DNA of 64,000 nt from the human T2T-CHM13v2.0 reference genome, Homo sapiens, in NCBI RefSeq assembly GCF_009914755.1, contig NC_060928.1; one strand, given 5' to 3'. Below are positions 38,653 to 56,301 of this stretch, one piece after another. The notes beneath the pieces are model-generated. The model was given only the letters and a program-made list of their open reading frames with translations. It was not told where the DNA came from and made no database searches. A program made the translations under genes and the position numbers. Within the stretch, counting starts at the first letter, position 1, and every line of letters starts with the position of its first letter.

Positions 38653-40439
38653 AGGGATGAAAGGTAATATGTTAAGCTCTTTCTGTTTTACATAATATGT
38701 TAGTGTATACATTTTCTTTGGTCAGAGATATTTTAGCATTGGTTAGTTATTGGTATACAAAGACACAGGTCATCATTTGTTCTTTATCATTTATTTAACA
38801 TGCAATATGTGCAAGAGACAATGCTATGCAATTGAATAATTTTTAAAAAATGAATGAGGAGACTGTGTCTTTTAAGTTTGTTAACAACTCTAGTGGAAGA
38901 GCCACAAGTGTGTTAGATGACTGACTGGTAAATAAAGTTGCAGAATGAAAATGCACATTTCCAACTTTGCCGATGAAATGTCATTTTACCCATGAGCAAT
39001 GCCCCTCCAAAAACCCCTTATGTCAAGGCTAATATGCCAAGTTATTACACTTGTTAGTTTAAGGATATGTTGTGTGTAAAATAGGATCCTGAAAGGTATG
39101 CTTGCCCACTGCAGGTCAACTTAATTTGGACAATGTTGACTATGCATACATTTATTTTAGCACATTAATGGGTTTGTACCTGTACTCGACCTTTGCAAAG
39201 GTGATTCAATATATGCCCAGAGAGCCATGACAAGTGGACTGTCACGTTTTATTGATAGTCTTGCTCTTCATGTAGCATAGAGTAATAAACATTTGCTTTA
39301 CTGGCTCTAAATAGGTATTTTTAATGCCTTCCTATTCCAAAACTACATTGTGTTTCTGTGTTTTTATTCAATGAATATGGATTTGTCTGCCTGGCTTTGG
39401 AGGCCCTTTGTGAGCTCACCACACTTTGTTAATCCAAACACAGATCTTCTACTTTGTTAAGGTCATGTAACTTAGAGCACCCTCACACACAAAGCATATG
39501 CATTTAATCCTTTTTGTTTATGCAAATCTCAGCTGTCATTACAGGCCTAAGTCCATGAAACCTTCCATGACGACTTTAACCCTCCTGGGGAGTTTCTTTT
39601 GCAGCACTCTGAGTTGTGAGCAATACCTGCTTGGCACCAGACAATTAAGTACAGTCTGTTCTGCAACAATGCATTTTTCTGTAGTGGGAATTAGCTCCAA
39701 CATGATGGGTAAATAGGGGAATTGTGTTAGTAAAATGTGGAAGTTCTTTCATGTGTGTTTTTCCCCAAGCATAATCATATTTAGCTTTGCCAAATAACTA
39801 TAGCTGAATGCAAAATATACTAATACAGGCAAATGCACAATACAACAGAGGGATATCGTTTTATTTATTTACCACTTTTTTTTTTTTTTGGTATGAGTAA
39901 GCCACAATTTTAGCTTTGAAAGTGCTTATTGTGCGGTTTTTCTTGATCCCTGCAGCCTCTGGCTACCTTCACTTTTTTTTAAAGAGAAAATTTATGTATT
40001 CTCTGTATTATTTCTTTTCTTTACTGAGAATTTTACATGTCCTTTTAGGCATATAGGATTTTTATAAAAATTGTTATGGTTTTGGTTAGAACTTTGTGTT
40101 ATAAATTGCATAGATTTTAAATGTTTCTGCTACAGTTCTATTTTTTTATTATCCCTGTTATATTTATTGCCCAGTTTTTCAGAATAAAATAACACATATA
40201 TTGCAATAGCAGGAGTTCGGCAAATTTACATGAAATCACTTAATTTTTATTTAATATCCACTATTTGTCACTTCCTAGTGCTAATGTTGGATGTATGAAA
40301 AGTGAGGAAGCCTTACTTTTTTGTACATTGGGCTTTCTAAGCAAATATCTGGTATGATGGTGGTTGTAATTCTTGGCTCATTTGAAGGGGAGGAAGACAG
40401 ACAATGAGAAGTAACTGTGTTACTGCAAACATCAGTTCC

Positions 40440-40734
40440 AGCAAACATGTTTTTGTTCTTCCCTCTGCCTGGAATGGTCTCCCATTCCTGCCGTATTAAG
40501 CCAATTTCTTCTCAAGCTTCATCTCTCAAGTCAAGCATCATGTCTTCATGCTATTTTAAATTCTCACTACCATGTACCATATACCTTTCTTTCATAGTCT
40601 TTAAGGTAGCTGCAATTTTATAATCATTTGTCAGATTATTTAAATAATATCTTTTTTCTTAGACCATAAACTTCCTGAGAACACAGTTCATGTTTGGTTT
40701 TTTCCACCATTGTATTTCTGTTTCCTAGCAAGTA

Positions 40735-40784
<50 letters not shown>

Positions 40785-40860
40785 AGGTATTAATATACCA
40801 TTATAGAATACATCAAGTATTCAGTAAATTTTTGTTGAATGAATGGATTATTGAATAAAT
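40440..40860 (+). mobile_element. L2 3' fragment
   Basis: ttccctctgcctggaatg…, tagaccataaacttcctgag…, terminal tcagtaaatttttgttgaatgaatg. Confidence 0.65.
40742..40783. repeat. (AC)21 microsatellite
   Basis: Read directly. Confidence 0.97.
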
Positions 40861-40940
40861 TAACTTTTCTTTTTTCTTTTTTAACAACTAAGTCTTGAAT
40901 ATGCTTCCTAGAATCAATTATTTTACTTCTCCATTCCTAC

Positions 40941-41245
<305 letters not shown>

Positions 41246-44200
41246 CACATCTCCTTTGTTATCATCACATTTCCTGGTCTGTATTCCCATTACTTGTAAA
41301 GCCACTTCAGCATCCAAACTGTAAGATATCTTTTTAAAAGGGAAAGATATAAATCACTTGTTACTTGTCAGGTTGTTCCATCTACTGCTTTTTTCTCTCA
41401 AAATTTGGATTTGTTTCTTGAAATTTCATTTTATTATAATTCACAGCTTTCCTGAACGTGCTCCCATACCTTGCCTGTTCAAATTATAGCTAGGTAATGT
41501 TTATATTCTTGCCAGGGAAACTTGATTGTGGAAGGAAAAGTGTGCTATTCATTGGATTAATTGTGGATGACATCTTTGCTGTTTCCTATTAAATATGACA
41601 TATAGGTAGCTAGATTATTTAAAGTAAAATATCATTAAGTCAAGTACCTGTGGATGATCAACATATAGCTCTTGTAACATTCATCCCACTATGCATTATG
41701 AATAACTGTTTCACTGCGACTGCCTTGGATATAAATTATTGAGGTGTTTATGAATGTGGACTCAAATTTACTCAATGCACACAGTAAACAGCTGAGTAAA
41801 CTCCTGTTTAAGCAGTGAGGGAAAAATGTGAAAAAGTAGTGGAATATAGTTAAAACATATCTAGTCATCATTTCAGTCATTAATAACAACTGGATTCTAG
41901 ATTACCTGGACTATTTAAAGTGTTTCAAGAATACAGTATAATAATCAAATAGGAATTTTTGCTTTCACAATTACATGCAGCGAATTTCAGATATTCAGAC
42001 TATGTAGTATTTTATGCATTATGGGAAAATTTTTATGTAAATTATTTTATTCTAATGCTTAGGTTCCTCTTTGTGAGTTCAAATGCCCCATTTATTCATT
42101 TTGATAATTGTTTACTTTTTGTATTATCCACTATTAATCTGTTATTATGTAATATTCTGAAAACCAACCAAAGAGATCAGCTCATCTAAATTAATTACTG
42201 CTGAGTATTATTTCTACAAAATTTTATGACCATTATTTTCGTTTCAATAAGCAATCTATTTTCTGGCTACCTATAGTTTAATTTTGATTATAAAAGCATG
42301 ATGGCCCGTAAACTTCCAGGTATCAAGTATTATGATAAAAAGTCAAAGAATCTATTTCTCTTTGCTTTATAGATGACATTTGAAATGCTAATTCTATTTT
42401 TATGTTACTTTCTACCTTTAAAATATTCTAATCTCATAGGCCCCAATTAGATTTTAAATAAAAATCTCAGAGAAATAGGGTACCTTTTCAATTTAACAAA
42501 CAAAATACATCATTTTTTATGCATAAGGTAACTCCATGTAAGTGATTGTGGAATGCCACATAATCAAAATAACTCATAAATAATTAAAGAGTCACATTAT
42601 AAAATTAGGAAGTGTAAAAGAAACAATAAGTGTACTCCTGCCTGCTTTTTGTGTCATATGTTGCTGCCTTTAAAATACAATTTCATTGCTGTATCAGTGT
42701 GCTTTTCAGTTTCATGCTCTGCATCCATAGTTGGATTTACATTGTCTGTAGGCTTGGGCTGACTCACCGTATTTAACATTTCAATATCTATTGTGTCAAG
42801 CGTGATTTTGTTTTTTATGTTCACATCTGTGTTTATAGGAACTGGCTATAGATGCCTAAACTGTGAGGGAATATGATCTTTATGCAGTCATTGTCTTAAG
42901 ATAGGTTACAGAGTTTTCATTGTTGTTTTGACTGTATTAACATTTTCTATCTGTGAAGTGTTTTGTAATCAAAATTCTACTTTTTCTTTTATCATGTCTT
43001 CATTCTTTGGAGTTTTTAAAATCTGGAGCTAAAATTAAGCATCCTTGCCTAATATGTGCAATAAAAACAAAACAATTGAACAGATTATAAAAAATTTTAA
43101 AAGGCCAGAATTTTCATATAATGCTGATCTATGCACTCATAGGCATTGTCTTAGGGTACCTTTTTTTCCCTGTGACATTGACAAATAAACAGCTGAAGAT
43201 TTGTTGAAATAATCTCTGAAGCACTATTATATGGCTTAATAATTGGCATTTGCAGGAAGCTAACTGTTATTATCTATGAATTAATACTCTTACCTTCCCA
43301 AGACTTAAAAAGAAAATAAACTTTAAGTGGGAAAAATGTTTCAAAGTGAAATATTCAGCTAAAGTAGTGAAAAAGAACAAGTGAGATAAGTACTGCTCTT
43401 TTGATGTGTGATTCTGTAACCTTCTCATTTTTAACATTCTTGTATTTCTAGTCTTTTGAGAAGTGAGCTCCAATTTATATAGCACAGATGTAGAATTTTA
43501 ATCTACATCTACTGTGCAAGAACAGGAGATCAGAGGAATATTTTAATATGTAAAGTCTCTTTAAATTTTTATGGAGCATAAAATAATACTTTACCCACAT
43601 TATGCTTGTTCTCATGTTTAAATTTAACAAATGTAAAGGGCATGATCTTTAGATCATCTTTTTCCTCTTAAAAATCATCTCTTTTACGGTGCATATTAAT
43701 GTCTGAATTAGCCTAGAAAAACAGCTACCGTCATTCTAATTACTGGCAGCTTTGGTCCAGCAGCTTGTACTCGGTTCAAAGAGCAGATCACAATAAAGAT
43801 ACACATTAAATAATAAAATACGGCTGTGAACTTGGAAAATTTAGTTTAGTATTAATAATTTTATTAACTCAACTGTTATCGAAATTGGCTTAGTGTAATT
43901 TTATGTTAGCTAATTTTGATACAATTGGATTATGTTCATAAAATACCTTAATAATTTATACAGAGGATTATATATCTTTTAGAACAGCACTTTTGAAAAT
44001 TTTTCACTAGAAGATGATCAATTTTCCTTAACTTGAAGATGTGGCATTACTTTGACCGGGCTGTTATGTGTTTGAATTTGGTCAAATCAGTATCAATGCT
44101 GCTAATAGTTTCTGTAACCACATGAATTATTTCCCTTTGAAGACACTATGATATTCTTTTAAAAGTAATTAACACGTAAGATTAAATATTCATTTTTATG

Positions 44201-44369
44201 ATCTCAAGAATTTATGAAGTCAAACCACAATGTTTCTTCTAATTGTCTTCAGGCTACGACTTGTATTTTGATTATTTTATTTATTTATTTACTTAGTTGT
44301 TTAATTCATTTGTTCAGTGATTTATTTATTTACTATTGTATTTATTTATTTTTAATACTTTGTTTAATA

Positions 44370-44605
44370 ACTTAACAGTCATTTAATGCTTTCCATGTGT
44401 AAGACACTTTACTGTGTCTTTCTGTGTGTAAGACACTTTACTGTGTCTTTCTGTGTGTAAGACACTTTAAATTTCTCAAATTTAATGATCTAATTTTATT
44501 CTCACAACAACCCTATGAGATAGGTTTTTAATCCCCATTGTTGTTTATAAAAATAGAGACACAGAAAACTCATTAACTTGTCAATGATTACACAGTTTGT
44601 TGTGG
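44370..44605 (-). mobile_element. MIR relic containing a 29-bp tandem repeat
   Basis: ttctcacaacaaccctatgagatagg…cccatt…agagacacaga…taacttgtcaatgattacacag. Confidence 0.65.
44396..44469. repeat. 29-bp minisatellite, 2.5 perfect copies
   Basis: Unit TGTGTAAGACACTTTACTGTGTCTTTCTG at 44396, 44425 and 44454 (partial). Confidence 0.95.
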
Positions 44606-45110
44606 TGAAATAGTTGTTATTTGGGTTTAATTTATATAACTGCTTATTAGGTCAAAAGTATTCCATTATAAATGAGACTTTACAAACCATGAATTATTTC
44701 TGGTTTATTAAAATTTGCATCTAGTAATTATAGATATAAAAGTAGTATTGGCCATGTTCAAGTACCTTACTGGCTACTCTAGATTAATTTGAAAAGATAA
44801 TTTTGTGAAATGCACAAGTGCTAATTATGCATCAAAGTGAGTAGCATTTGAACAATTCAGGTGTACTAAAAGCAAGAGGCTTATAATCCTGATAATCTTC
44901 ATGACAAAATTATTTCAGGTTTGAAAATGATATGAATACATCCGTAAATACAAACATTTGAAAACATTTTCACATTTTTATTCTAAAACAGAAATGCCAT
45001 TATATTGGCTGTACTAATGTGCCCTCAAAAAAAAAGTAAGATTGTGAACATATGCTATGTAGGTTAGAATGTGATTGTGATCAACATAATTCATTTGAAG
45101 AGTATAATTA

Positions 45111-45437
<327 letters not shown>

Positions 45438-46339
45438 TGTATGTAATTATAATTTAAATTTTATAGTTATAGGCAACCTTTAGGAGTTAAAGAAATTAAT
45501 GGTTTATATTTTTCACTCAAATAAACACATGTGCATAAGAAAAATAATAGTACTTGTAATTTCTGATAGTTTGTGGATCCACTAGAGTATCCATGAATTT
45601 ATTTAGAAAAGCCCAGTATTAGTCTCTTGAAAATATTCAATCAAGAAAAAAATTGTACAGTTTTTTTGCATTGTTAGTATACTTGGATTGACAACATTAT
45701 AAAACAAACAAAAGGCACAAAGAAATGCATGTTGTCTAGGATATGGTAGTACAAGGTTGATATAGATGTGATCCTGGTCGTAGAGTAAAGGGCTTCTTGG
45801 TTAGAGAGAAGGATCAGAGAGATAGGAATTTACCTACCTGCCATAACAACCAGGAACAAAGCATTCCTCAGAAGTTTTATAGTCTGTCATCTTTTTTCCC
45901 AAACTCTATCTCATTTGAACCTCACTGTACAATTATTTTGATTTCAGTTTTGCAATGGACAAACCTGAGGATTGGAAATCAAATGTTTTGCCTATGATGT
46001 CACTGTGTAATTAGTACTTCTGGCTTTAGCTGACTTATTTTTTTTCTCTATCTTATTCTGTGGAGCTATCAAGCTGAACCTGTAACTCAAGCATACCTAT
46101 ACGTCTACTTTCCTCCTAGAAGGCATAGGCATTGGAATACTGTCTTTTAACCTCTTGAGTCAATCTTATGCTTATTTTTACAAGTAGATCACACCCTAAC
46201 TAAAAGACATGAATAATGACATGCATTTTAGAATATGAAAGGCACTTTGGCTTTGTTAGAATTTTATCAGTGTTTCTTATGACATCTATTTCCGAAATCC
46301 CATGATGTTTGTAATTGCAGGCAACACCAAATACTGATA

Positions 46340-46560
46340 ACAGCTGTCAGTATTTACCAGCTACTGTTCTAAGAATTTTACATATAGTAATGCATTTAAT
46401 CATCACAATAACCTTATGAAGTAGGTGATATTTTTCTTATTTTGAAGATGAGGATATGGAAGGATAGATATGCTGAGTAAATAGCCCAAGTTCAAAGAGT
46501 TAGAAAGTAGTAGAGCAGAAGGGGCCAATCCATGCAGTAGGGCTCTCAACCACCTCACCC
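46340..46560 (-). mobile_element. MIR relic
   Basis: catttaatcatcacaataaccttatgaagtagg…attttgaagatgagga core. Confidence 0.7.
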
Positions 46561-47233
46561 TATATACATGGAGGCTAACCAAAGTTTTGTTCATGAACAT
46601 TTGCTATTTTATTGTTGCTGTTTTCAGGCAAAGCCATTTCATTGCCCTTTGAAGAACAATGGGAGTCTAATATTGATGAAATTGTCCATTTCTATGCTTG
46701 ACTTTTATATTGGAGGTAGTGCCATTAATCCAGCATCAACTGGGAAATTACTCAAATCAGGTGGACTAGTCTGAGATTTCTCTAAGACAATCTCAACATT
46801 CAGTTATACTTAAAAAATGTGTTAATCTTTGAGAAAGGGAAAGCAAGTAATTGAAATTAAAAATAAACTTACGAATATCTTTGGCCTCTATATGACAATT
46901 TTGGAAAAACTGTATATAATAATCTAAACCATGATACTTCTTTAGGTAGTGTTTGAAAATCAGAAACAGACTTGTTCTTAGCTGAAAATTTTATTATTAT
47001 AAACTTAGTGCTCTTGAACTTTGCTTAAGATATTTAATGATGCAGGAAAAATAGAAACATTCAGTAAAGAAAAAAAGAACAATATATTTTTCATATTCAA
47101 GTTAAGTCTGCATTGTATGTAAAAGCAATCATTTAATGTTTTTCGGAGTAAAATAATAAGAAACTTTTATCGACAGGTCAATGCCATAAGGAAGTTGGAA
47201 ATCACCAGTGTTTATGTTGACTTCATGAGCTAT

Positions 47234-47505
47234 AAAGTTGACCCTTGAACAAAATGGGCTAACTGCATGGGTCCATTTAAATGTGGATTTTTGCAATAAG
47301 TAGGGTTGGCCCTCCATATAGGGGATAACCACATCCTCAACCAAACATGGATTGAATATATTCGTGCAATGAAAAACCCACATAATAGCAAGGGCTGATT
47401 TTTCCTATCTGCTAATTCTACAGGACCAACTGAAGTAACTTGAATATGTGCAGATTCTGGTATCTGCGGGGAGTCCTGGAACCAAACCCTGTGGGTACCA
47501 AGTGT
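47234..47505. mobile_element. Tigger2-family MITE (MER8/MER2B-like)
   Basis: agttgacccttgaacaa… at the left, …ggtatctgcggggagtcctggaaccaaaccctgtgggtaccaag at the right. Confidence 0.8.
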
Positions 47506-48979
47506 ATTCAGTTTTCCAAATGAGTAAAATATCATTATTAGTTAGCCTGAGTTTCCTATTTATTTTTCTGTTCTTTTTTTAATAGCGACTCCCATAGTAA
47601 CATCAGTCACTGTTGCAAATGTGGGCAAAAAAAGTGGGGTTTCACACATTTGGTGAATTCCTACGTAGTTATTAGTGGGGAAAGGATGTCAATAATACTG
47701 CATCTTGCTGCTTTAAGTATAAGAGATGCATGACTTGTGACCACTGTGTATGTGTAGAAAACTCACCTTTTGTTTTTTAAAAAAGATTATTACCAGCTCA
47801 TGAAGCATTTTGAACATATAAACATTTACTTGTAATTGTACCTCATTCATCTTCATCACTCTTATCAATGTCCTAAATGTAATAAGCAATTTGTTGTTAA
47901 AACCAGTACTGACCACAGTGATCATTTTATGTATAGGACAATGTAATTATTAAGAAGAAAAACCAATGCTTTACTAAGTAAGCCAGCTCTATTCTATGTA
48001 AATATCCATATAGAAAACACATTTGAAGCTGTGCACTGGGTTTAATATTTATATATAGATGTCTTTAATAATCAGTTTGTGTATTTAAGGATTCAAGTAG
48101 TTATTATTAGGTCAGTGAATAAATGTATCCAATGTATCTCATCATTCTGAATTATTTTATTGCTTTGCAGTTGGAGTTTATTTAAAATATTACTAAAATC
48201 TTTTTGAATAGATTGTTATTTTTTTTTCCTCCTCACAAAAGCGAAGCATTTGATTTAATAAAAGGTTCCACAACCCTGCTCTGGCCTGACAAAGACTTGC
48301 TTGGTTGATTAGCATGAATGAGAATATGAAAGATTTAAAGAAAAGCTGTCAAAGCAATTAGAACTAAAGTCCTCCTATCACTGAATAATGAAAATCCAGG
48401 CCTGGAACACTTTCAAATGTACCTAAGAAAATCGTACTTATACAAAATGAAATGATAGTGAATAAAAGAAATGGAATAATAAAAGCCACCAGAGGTAAAA
48501 TTGTACAGGTAGCATTTTAATATATTCTTGCTACTATATTTTAGATTTATTAATGAACATAATGATATATGGTTTCTTCATAAAGATATATGTATCAATT
48601 TTAATTTAGGTATTTATTTAGATTATTAGGCTTAATATTCAATTGTTTTAAAATGTTTAGCTTTAAGATGATTTCTATAAAGTCTACCATTTGGGTGTCT
48701 TTCTTTGTAATTTAACTTTTAGATCAATCATTTAAAATCAAATGTGGATATTCAAGCTACAAAAGAGATTAACAGGCATTTAATATTTAATATACACCCT
48801 TTCTCTTAATGCTTTTAAATCTTAAAAATCTAGAATAAATTGATAGACTGTCAGAATACTTTGTGTGATTAAGAAAACTAATGATACAAAGAGTACACCT
48901 GGAGAGCAAACTCATAATCATTTTATATTTTTATTAAAACATAATTCAGTCTAGGAGATCATTACATCAATAGATTCTT

Positions 48980-50108
48980 TTCCATTTGTTCAGTTATTTA
49001 AGCACTCAGTTATTTAGTATTAAACAATTATTTTTTCAATCTTTACAATGTAAATTTGTATTTACATTTACACAGTGAAAGATAACAAGATGAGTTAGAC
49101 ATGGATCTGGCATTAAAGGGCTTGCAGTCTAAGGAAGTAGCTATGATAAATGTACTATAGATGCTAATGCATTAAATAGGTAGAATATAAACACTATAAA
49201 GTGAATATAAAAAAAGAAGAGATTATCTCCAGCTCTATTAAGTAAAGGAATCACCACTGAATAAGTTATATTAGAATTTGGTCCTTAAGTCTGTGTATGC
49301 ATATCATTTTAAAATGTTTTTGACTGCAAGTAACCCAAATCAAAGTATCTTAAACAACACAGGGGATTTCTTAGCTTGTGTCACTAAAAGGGTGAGCACA
49401 GACACAGTTCATTAGAGCCTCTGCTTTATCTCTCTCTGCTCTATCACCTGAGATCTTTTCCCTGACTAGTAGGAGGGTGGCAGGAGTGAGTTCTGAAACT
49501 CACAACTGTGCACCACAATCTCCAGAAGAGACACTGACCCAGTATTTCAAGAAAGTGTTCTGAGAGCTACCTTGATTGGTGTGTGTAGGTTAAAAATTTG
49601 CCCTTAACCTGAGGCCAGGATGAAGGAATGGGCATACTGGCCTAAGTGAGCCAAGGTTCATCCCTGGAGCTGAAAATGGGGCTTGATTTTCCCTGAGTAT
49701 TCAGCTGCATGATGGAGAATTTTGGGATATTACAGTGAGCTTATGTGTACTGTTGGGGATGGGAAAGGGAGAATGGATCCTGAGTAGGCAGCCTACAATG
49801 TCCAGTGGAGTGTGATTTAGACATTCACATTTGAGGAAGGTTATTCAAGCACAGTGGATTATGTGAACATGTGAACGAAGGAAAATGTAACGTGTGTGTA
49901 GAGAGCACTGATTATTGCAGTTTGGCTGAGATAGAGAGTGCCCAAAGGGAAGTTATTGGAAATAACATCAAAAGAGTAAATTGGATCAGATGGTAGAATA
50001 CCTTGAAAGCTAGGCAGTGAAATTTGGGATATTCTGTAGATGATGGGAGGTGCTTAAGCTTTTGAGCAGTAGACCAGCATGCTCAGAGTTGCTTTTAAGA
50101 TTTGTATT
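48980..50108 (-). mobile_element. L2 fragment (with probable old MLT1 insert ~49300-49805); resumes after 56610
   Basis: L2-like tracts (gcagtttggctgag, tattctgtagatgatgggagg…ttttgagcag). Interrupted by the L1/Alu insertion. Boundaries approximate. Confidence 0.5.
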
Positions 50109-50355
50109 TGTCAGTGCTAGGTTTTTTTTTTTTTAATTTTATTTTTTATTATTATACTTTGAGTTTTAGGGTACATGTGCACAATGTGCAGGTTAGTTAC
50201 ATATGTATACATGTGCCATGCTGCTGTGCTGCACCCATTAACTCGTCATTTAGCATTAGGTATATCTCCTAATGCTATCCCTCCCCCCTCCCCCAACCCC
50301 ACCACAGTCCCCAGAGTGTGATGTTCCCCTTCCTGCGTCCATGTGTTCTCATTGT

Positions 50356-54167
<3,812 letters not shown>

Positions 54168-54230
54168 TATGATGTTAGCTGGTTATTTTGCTCGTTAGTT
54201 CATGCAGTTTCTTCCTAGCCTCGATGGTTT

Positions 54231-55247
54231 TTACAATTTGGCATGATTTTGCAGTGGCTGGTACCTGTTGTTCCTTTCCATGTTTAGTGCTTCCTTCAGG
54301 AGCTCTTTTAGGGCAGTCCTGGTGGTGACAAAATCTCTCAGCATTTGCTTGTCTGTAAAGTATTTTATTTCTCCCTCACTTATGAAACTTAGTTTGGCTG
54401 GATATGAAATTCTGGGTTGAAAATTCTTTTCTTTAAGAATGTTGAATATTGGCCCCCACTCTCTTCTGGCTTGTAGAGTTTCTGCTGAGAGATCCGCTGT
54501 CAGTCTGATGGGCTTCCCTTTGTGAGTAACCCGACCTTTCTCTCTGGCTGCCCTTAACATTTTTTCCTTCATTTCAACTTTGGTGAATCTGACAATTATG
54601 TGTCTTGGAGTTGCTCTTCTCGAGTAGTAGCTTTGTGGCATTCTCTGTATTTTCTGATTCTGAATGTTGGCCTGCCTTGCTAGATTGGGGAAGTTCTCCT
54701 GGATAATATCCTGAAGAGTGTTTTCTAACTTGGTTCCATTCTCCCCGTCACTTTCAGATACACCAATCAGACGTAGATTTGGTGTTTTCACATAGTCCCA
54801 TATTTCTTGGAGGCTTTGTTCGTTTCTTTTTATTCTTTTTTCTCTAAATTTCCCTTCTCGCTTCATTTCATTCATTTCATCTTCCATCACTGATACCCTT
54901 TCTTCCAGTTGATTGCATCGGCTCCTGAGGCTTCTGCATTCTTCACGTAGTTCTTGAGCCTTGGCTTTCAGCTCCATCAGCTCCTTTAAGCACTTCTCTG
55001 TATTGGTTATTCTAGTTATACATTCATCTAAATTTTTTTCGAAGTTTTTAACTTCTTTGCCTTTGGTTTGAATTTCCTCCTGTAGCTCGGAGTAGTTTGA
55101 TTGTCTGAACCCTTCTTCTCTCAACTCGTCAAAGTCATTCTCCGTCCAGCTTTGTTCCGTTGCTGGTGAGGAACTATGTTCCTTTGGAGGAGGAGAGGCG
55201 CTCTGCTTTTTAGAGTTTCCAGTTTTTCTGCTCGGTTTTTCCCCCAT
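54231..55247 (-). CDS. L1 ORF1p, full-length open frame (338 aa)
   Basis: ORF track. Coiled coil, RRM and CTD with REKG, ARR and YPAKLS motifs intact. Confidence 0.9.
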   Translation of the reverse strand: MGEKPSRKTGNSKKQSASPPPKEHSSSPATEQSWTENDFDELREEGFRQSNYSELQEEIQTKGKEVKNFEKNLDECITRITNTEKCLKELMELKAKAQELREECRSLRSRCNQLEERVSVMEDEMNEMKREGKFREKRIKRNEQSLQEIWDYVKTPNLRLIGVSESDGENGTKLENTLQDIIQENFPNLARQANIQNQKIQRMPQSYYSRRATPRHIIVRFTKVEMKEKMLRAAREKGRVTHKGKPIRLTADLSAETLQARREWGPIFNILKEKNFQPRISYPAKLSFISEGEIKYFTDKQMLRDFVTTRTALKELLKEALNMERNNRYQPLQNHAKL

Positions 55248-56301
55248 CTTTGTGGTTTTATCTACTTTTGGTCTTTGATGATGGTGATGTACAGATGGGT
55301 TTTTGGTGTGGATGTCCTTTCTGTTTGTTAGTTTCCCTTCTAACAGACAGGACCCTCAGCTGCAGATCTGTTGGAGTTTGCTAGAGGTCCACTCCAGACC
55401 CTGTTTGCCTGGGTACCAGCCGTGGTGGCTGCATAACAGCGGATTTTCGTGAACCGCAAATGCTGCTGTCTGATCGTTCCTCTGGAAGTTTTGTCTCAGA
55501 GGAGTACCTGGTCGTGTGAGGTGTCAGTCTACCCCTACTGGGGGGTGCCTCCCAGTTAGGCTGCTCGGGGGTCAGGGGTCAGGGACCCACTTGAGGAGGC
55601 AGTCTGCCCGTTCTCAGATCTCCAGCTGCGTGCTGGGAGAACCACTGCTCTCCTCAAAGCTGTCAGACAGGGACATTTAAGTCTGCAGAGGTTACTGCTG
55701 TCTTTTTGTTTTTGTGTGCCCTGCCCCCAGAGGTGGAGCCTACAGAGGCAGGCAGGCCTCCTTGAGCTGTGGTGGGCTCCACCCAGTTGGAGCTTCCTGG
55801 CTGCTTTGTTTACCTAAGCAAGCCTGGGCAATGGCGGGCACCCCTCCCCAGCCTGGCTGCCACCTTGCAGTTTGATCTCAGACTGCTGTGCTAGCAATCA
55901 GTGAGACTCCGTGGGCGTAGGACCCTCTGAGCCAGGTGCGGGATATAATCTACTGCTGCGCCGTTTTTTAAGCCTGTCAGAAAAGCGCAGAATTAGGGTG
56001 GGACTGACCCGATTTTCCAGGTGCTGTCTGTCACCCCTTTCTTTGACTAGGAAAGGGAACTCCCTGACCCCTTGTGCTTCCCGAGTGAGGCAATGCCTCA
56101 CCCTGCTTCGGCTCTCGCAGGGTGTGCTGCACCCACTGTCCTGCGCCCACTATCTGGCACTCCGCAGTGAGATGAACCCAGTACCTCAGATGGAAATGCA
56201 GAAATCACCCGTCTTCTGCTTCACTCACACTGGGAGCTGTAGACCGGCGCTGTTCCTATTCGGCCATCTTGGCTCCGACCTCCCTGTCAGTCCTAGGTTT
56301 T

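Noticed and set aside
43482-43517. Hairpin GCAC-AGATGTAGA…TCTACATCT-ACT-GTGC as a possible small RNA precursor
   Set aside because: The stem (9+4 bp) is too short for a pre-miRNA and is plausible by chance in 64 kb.
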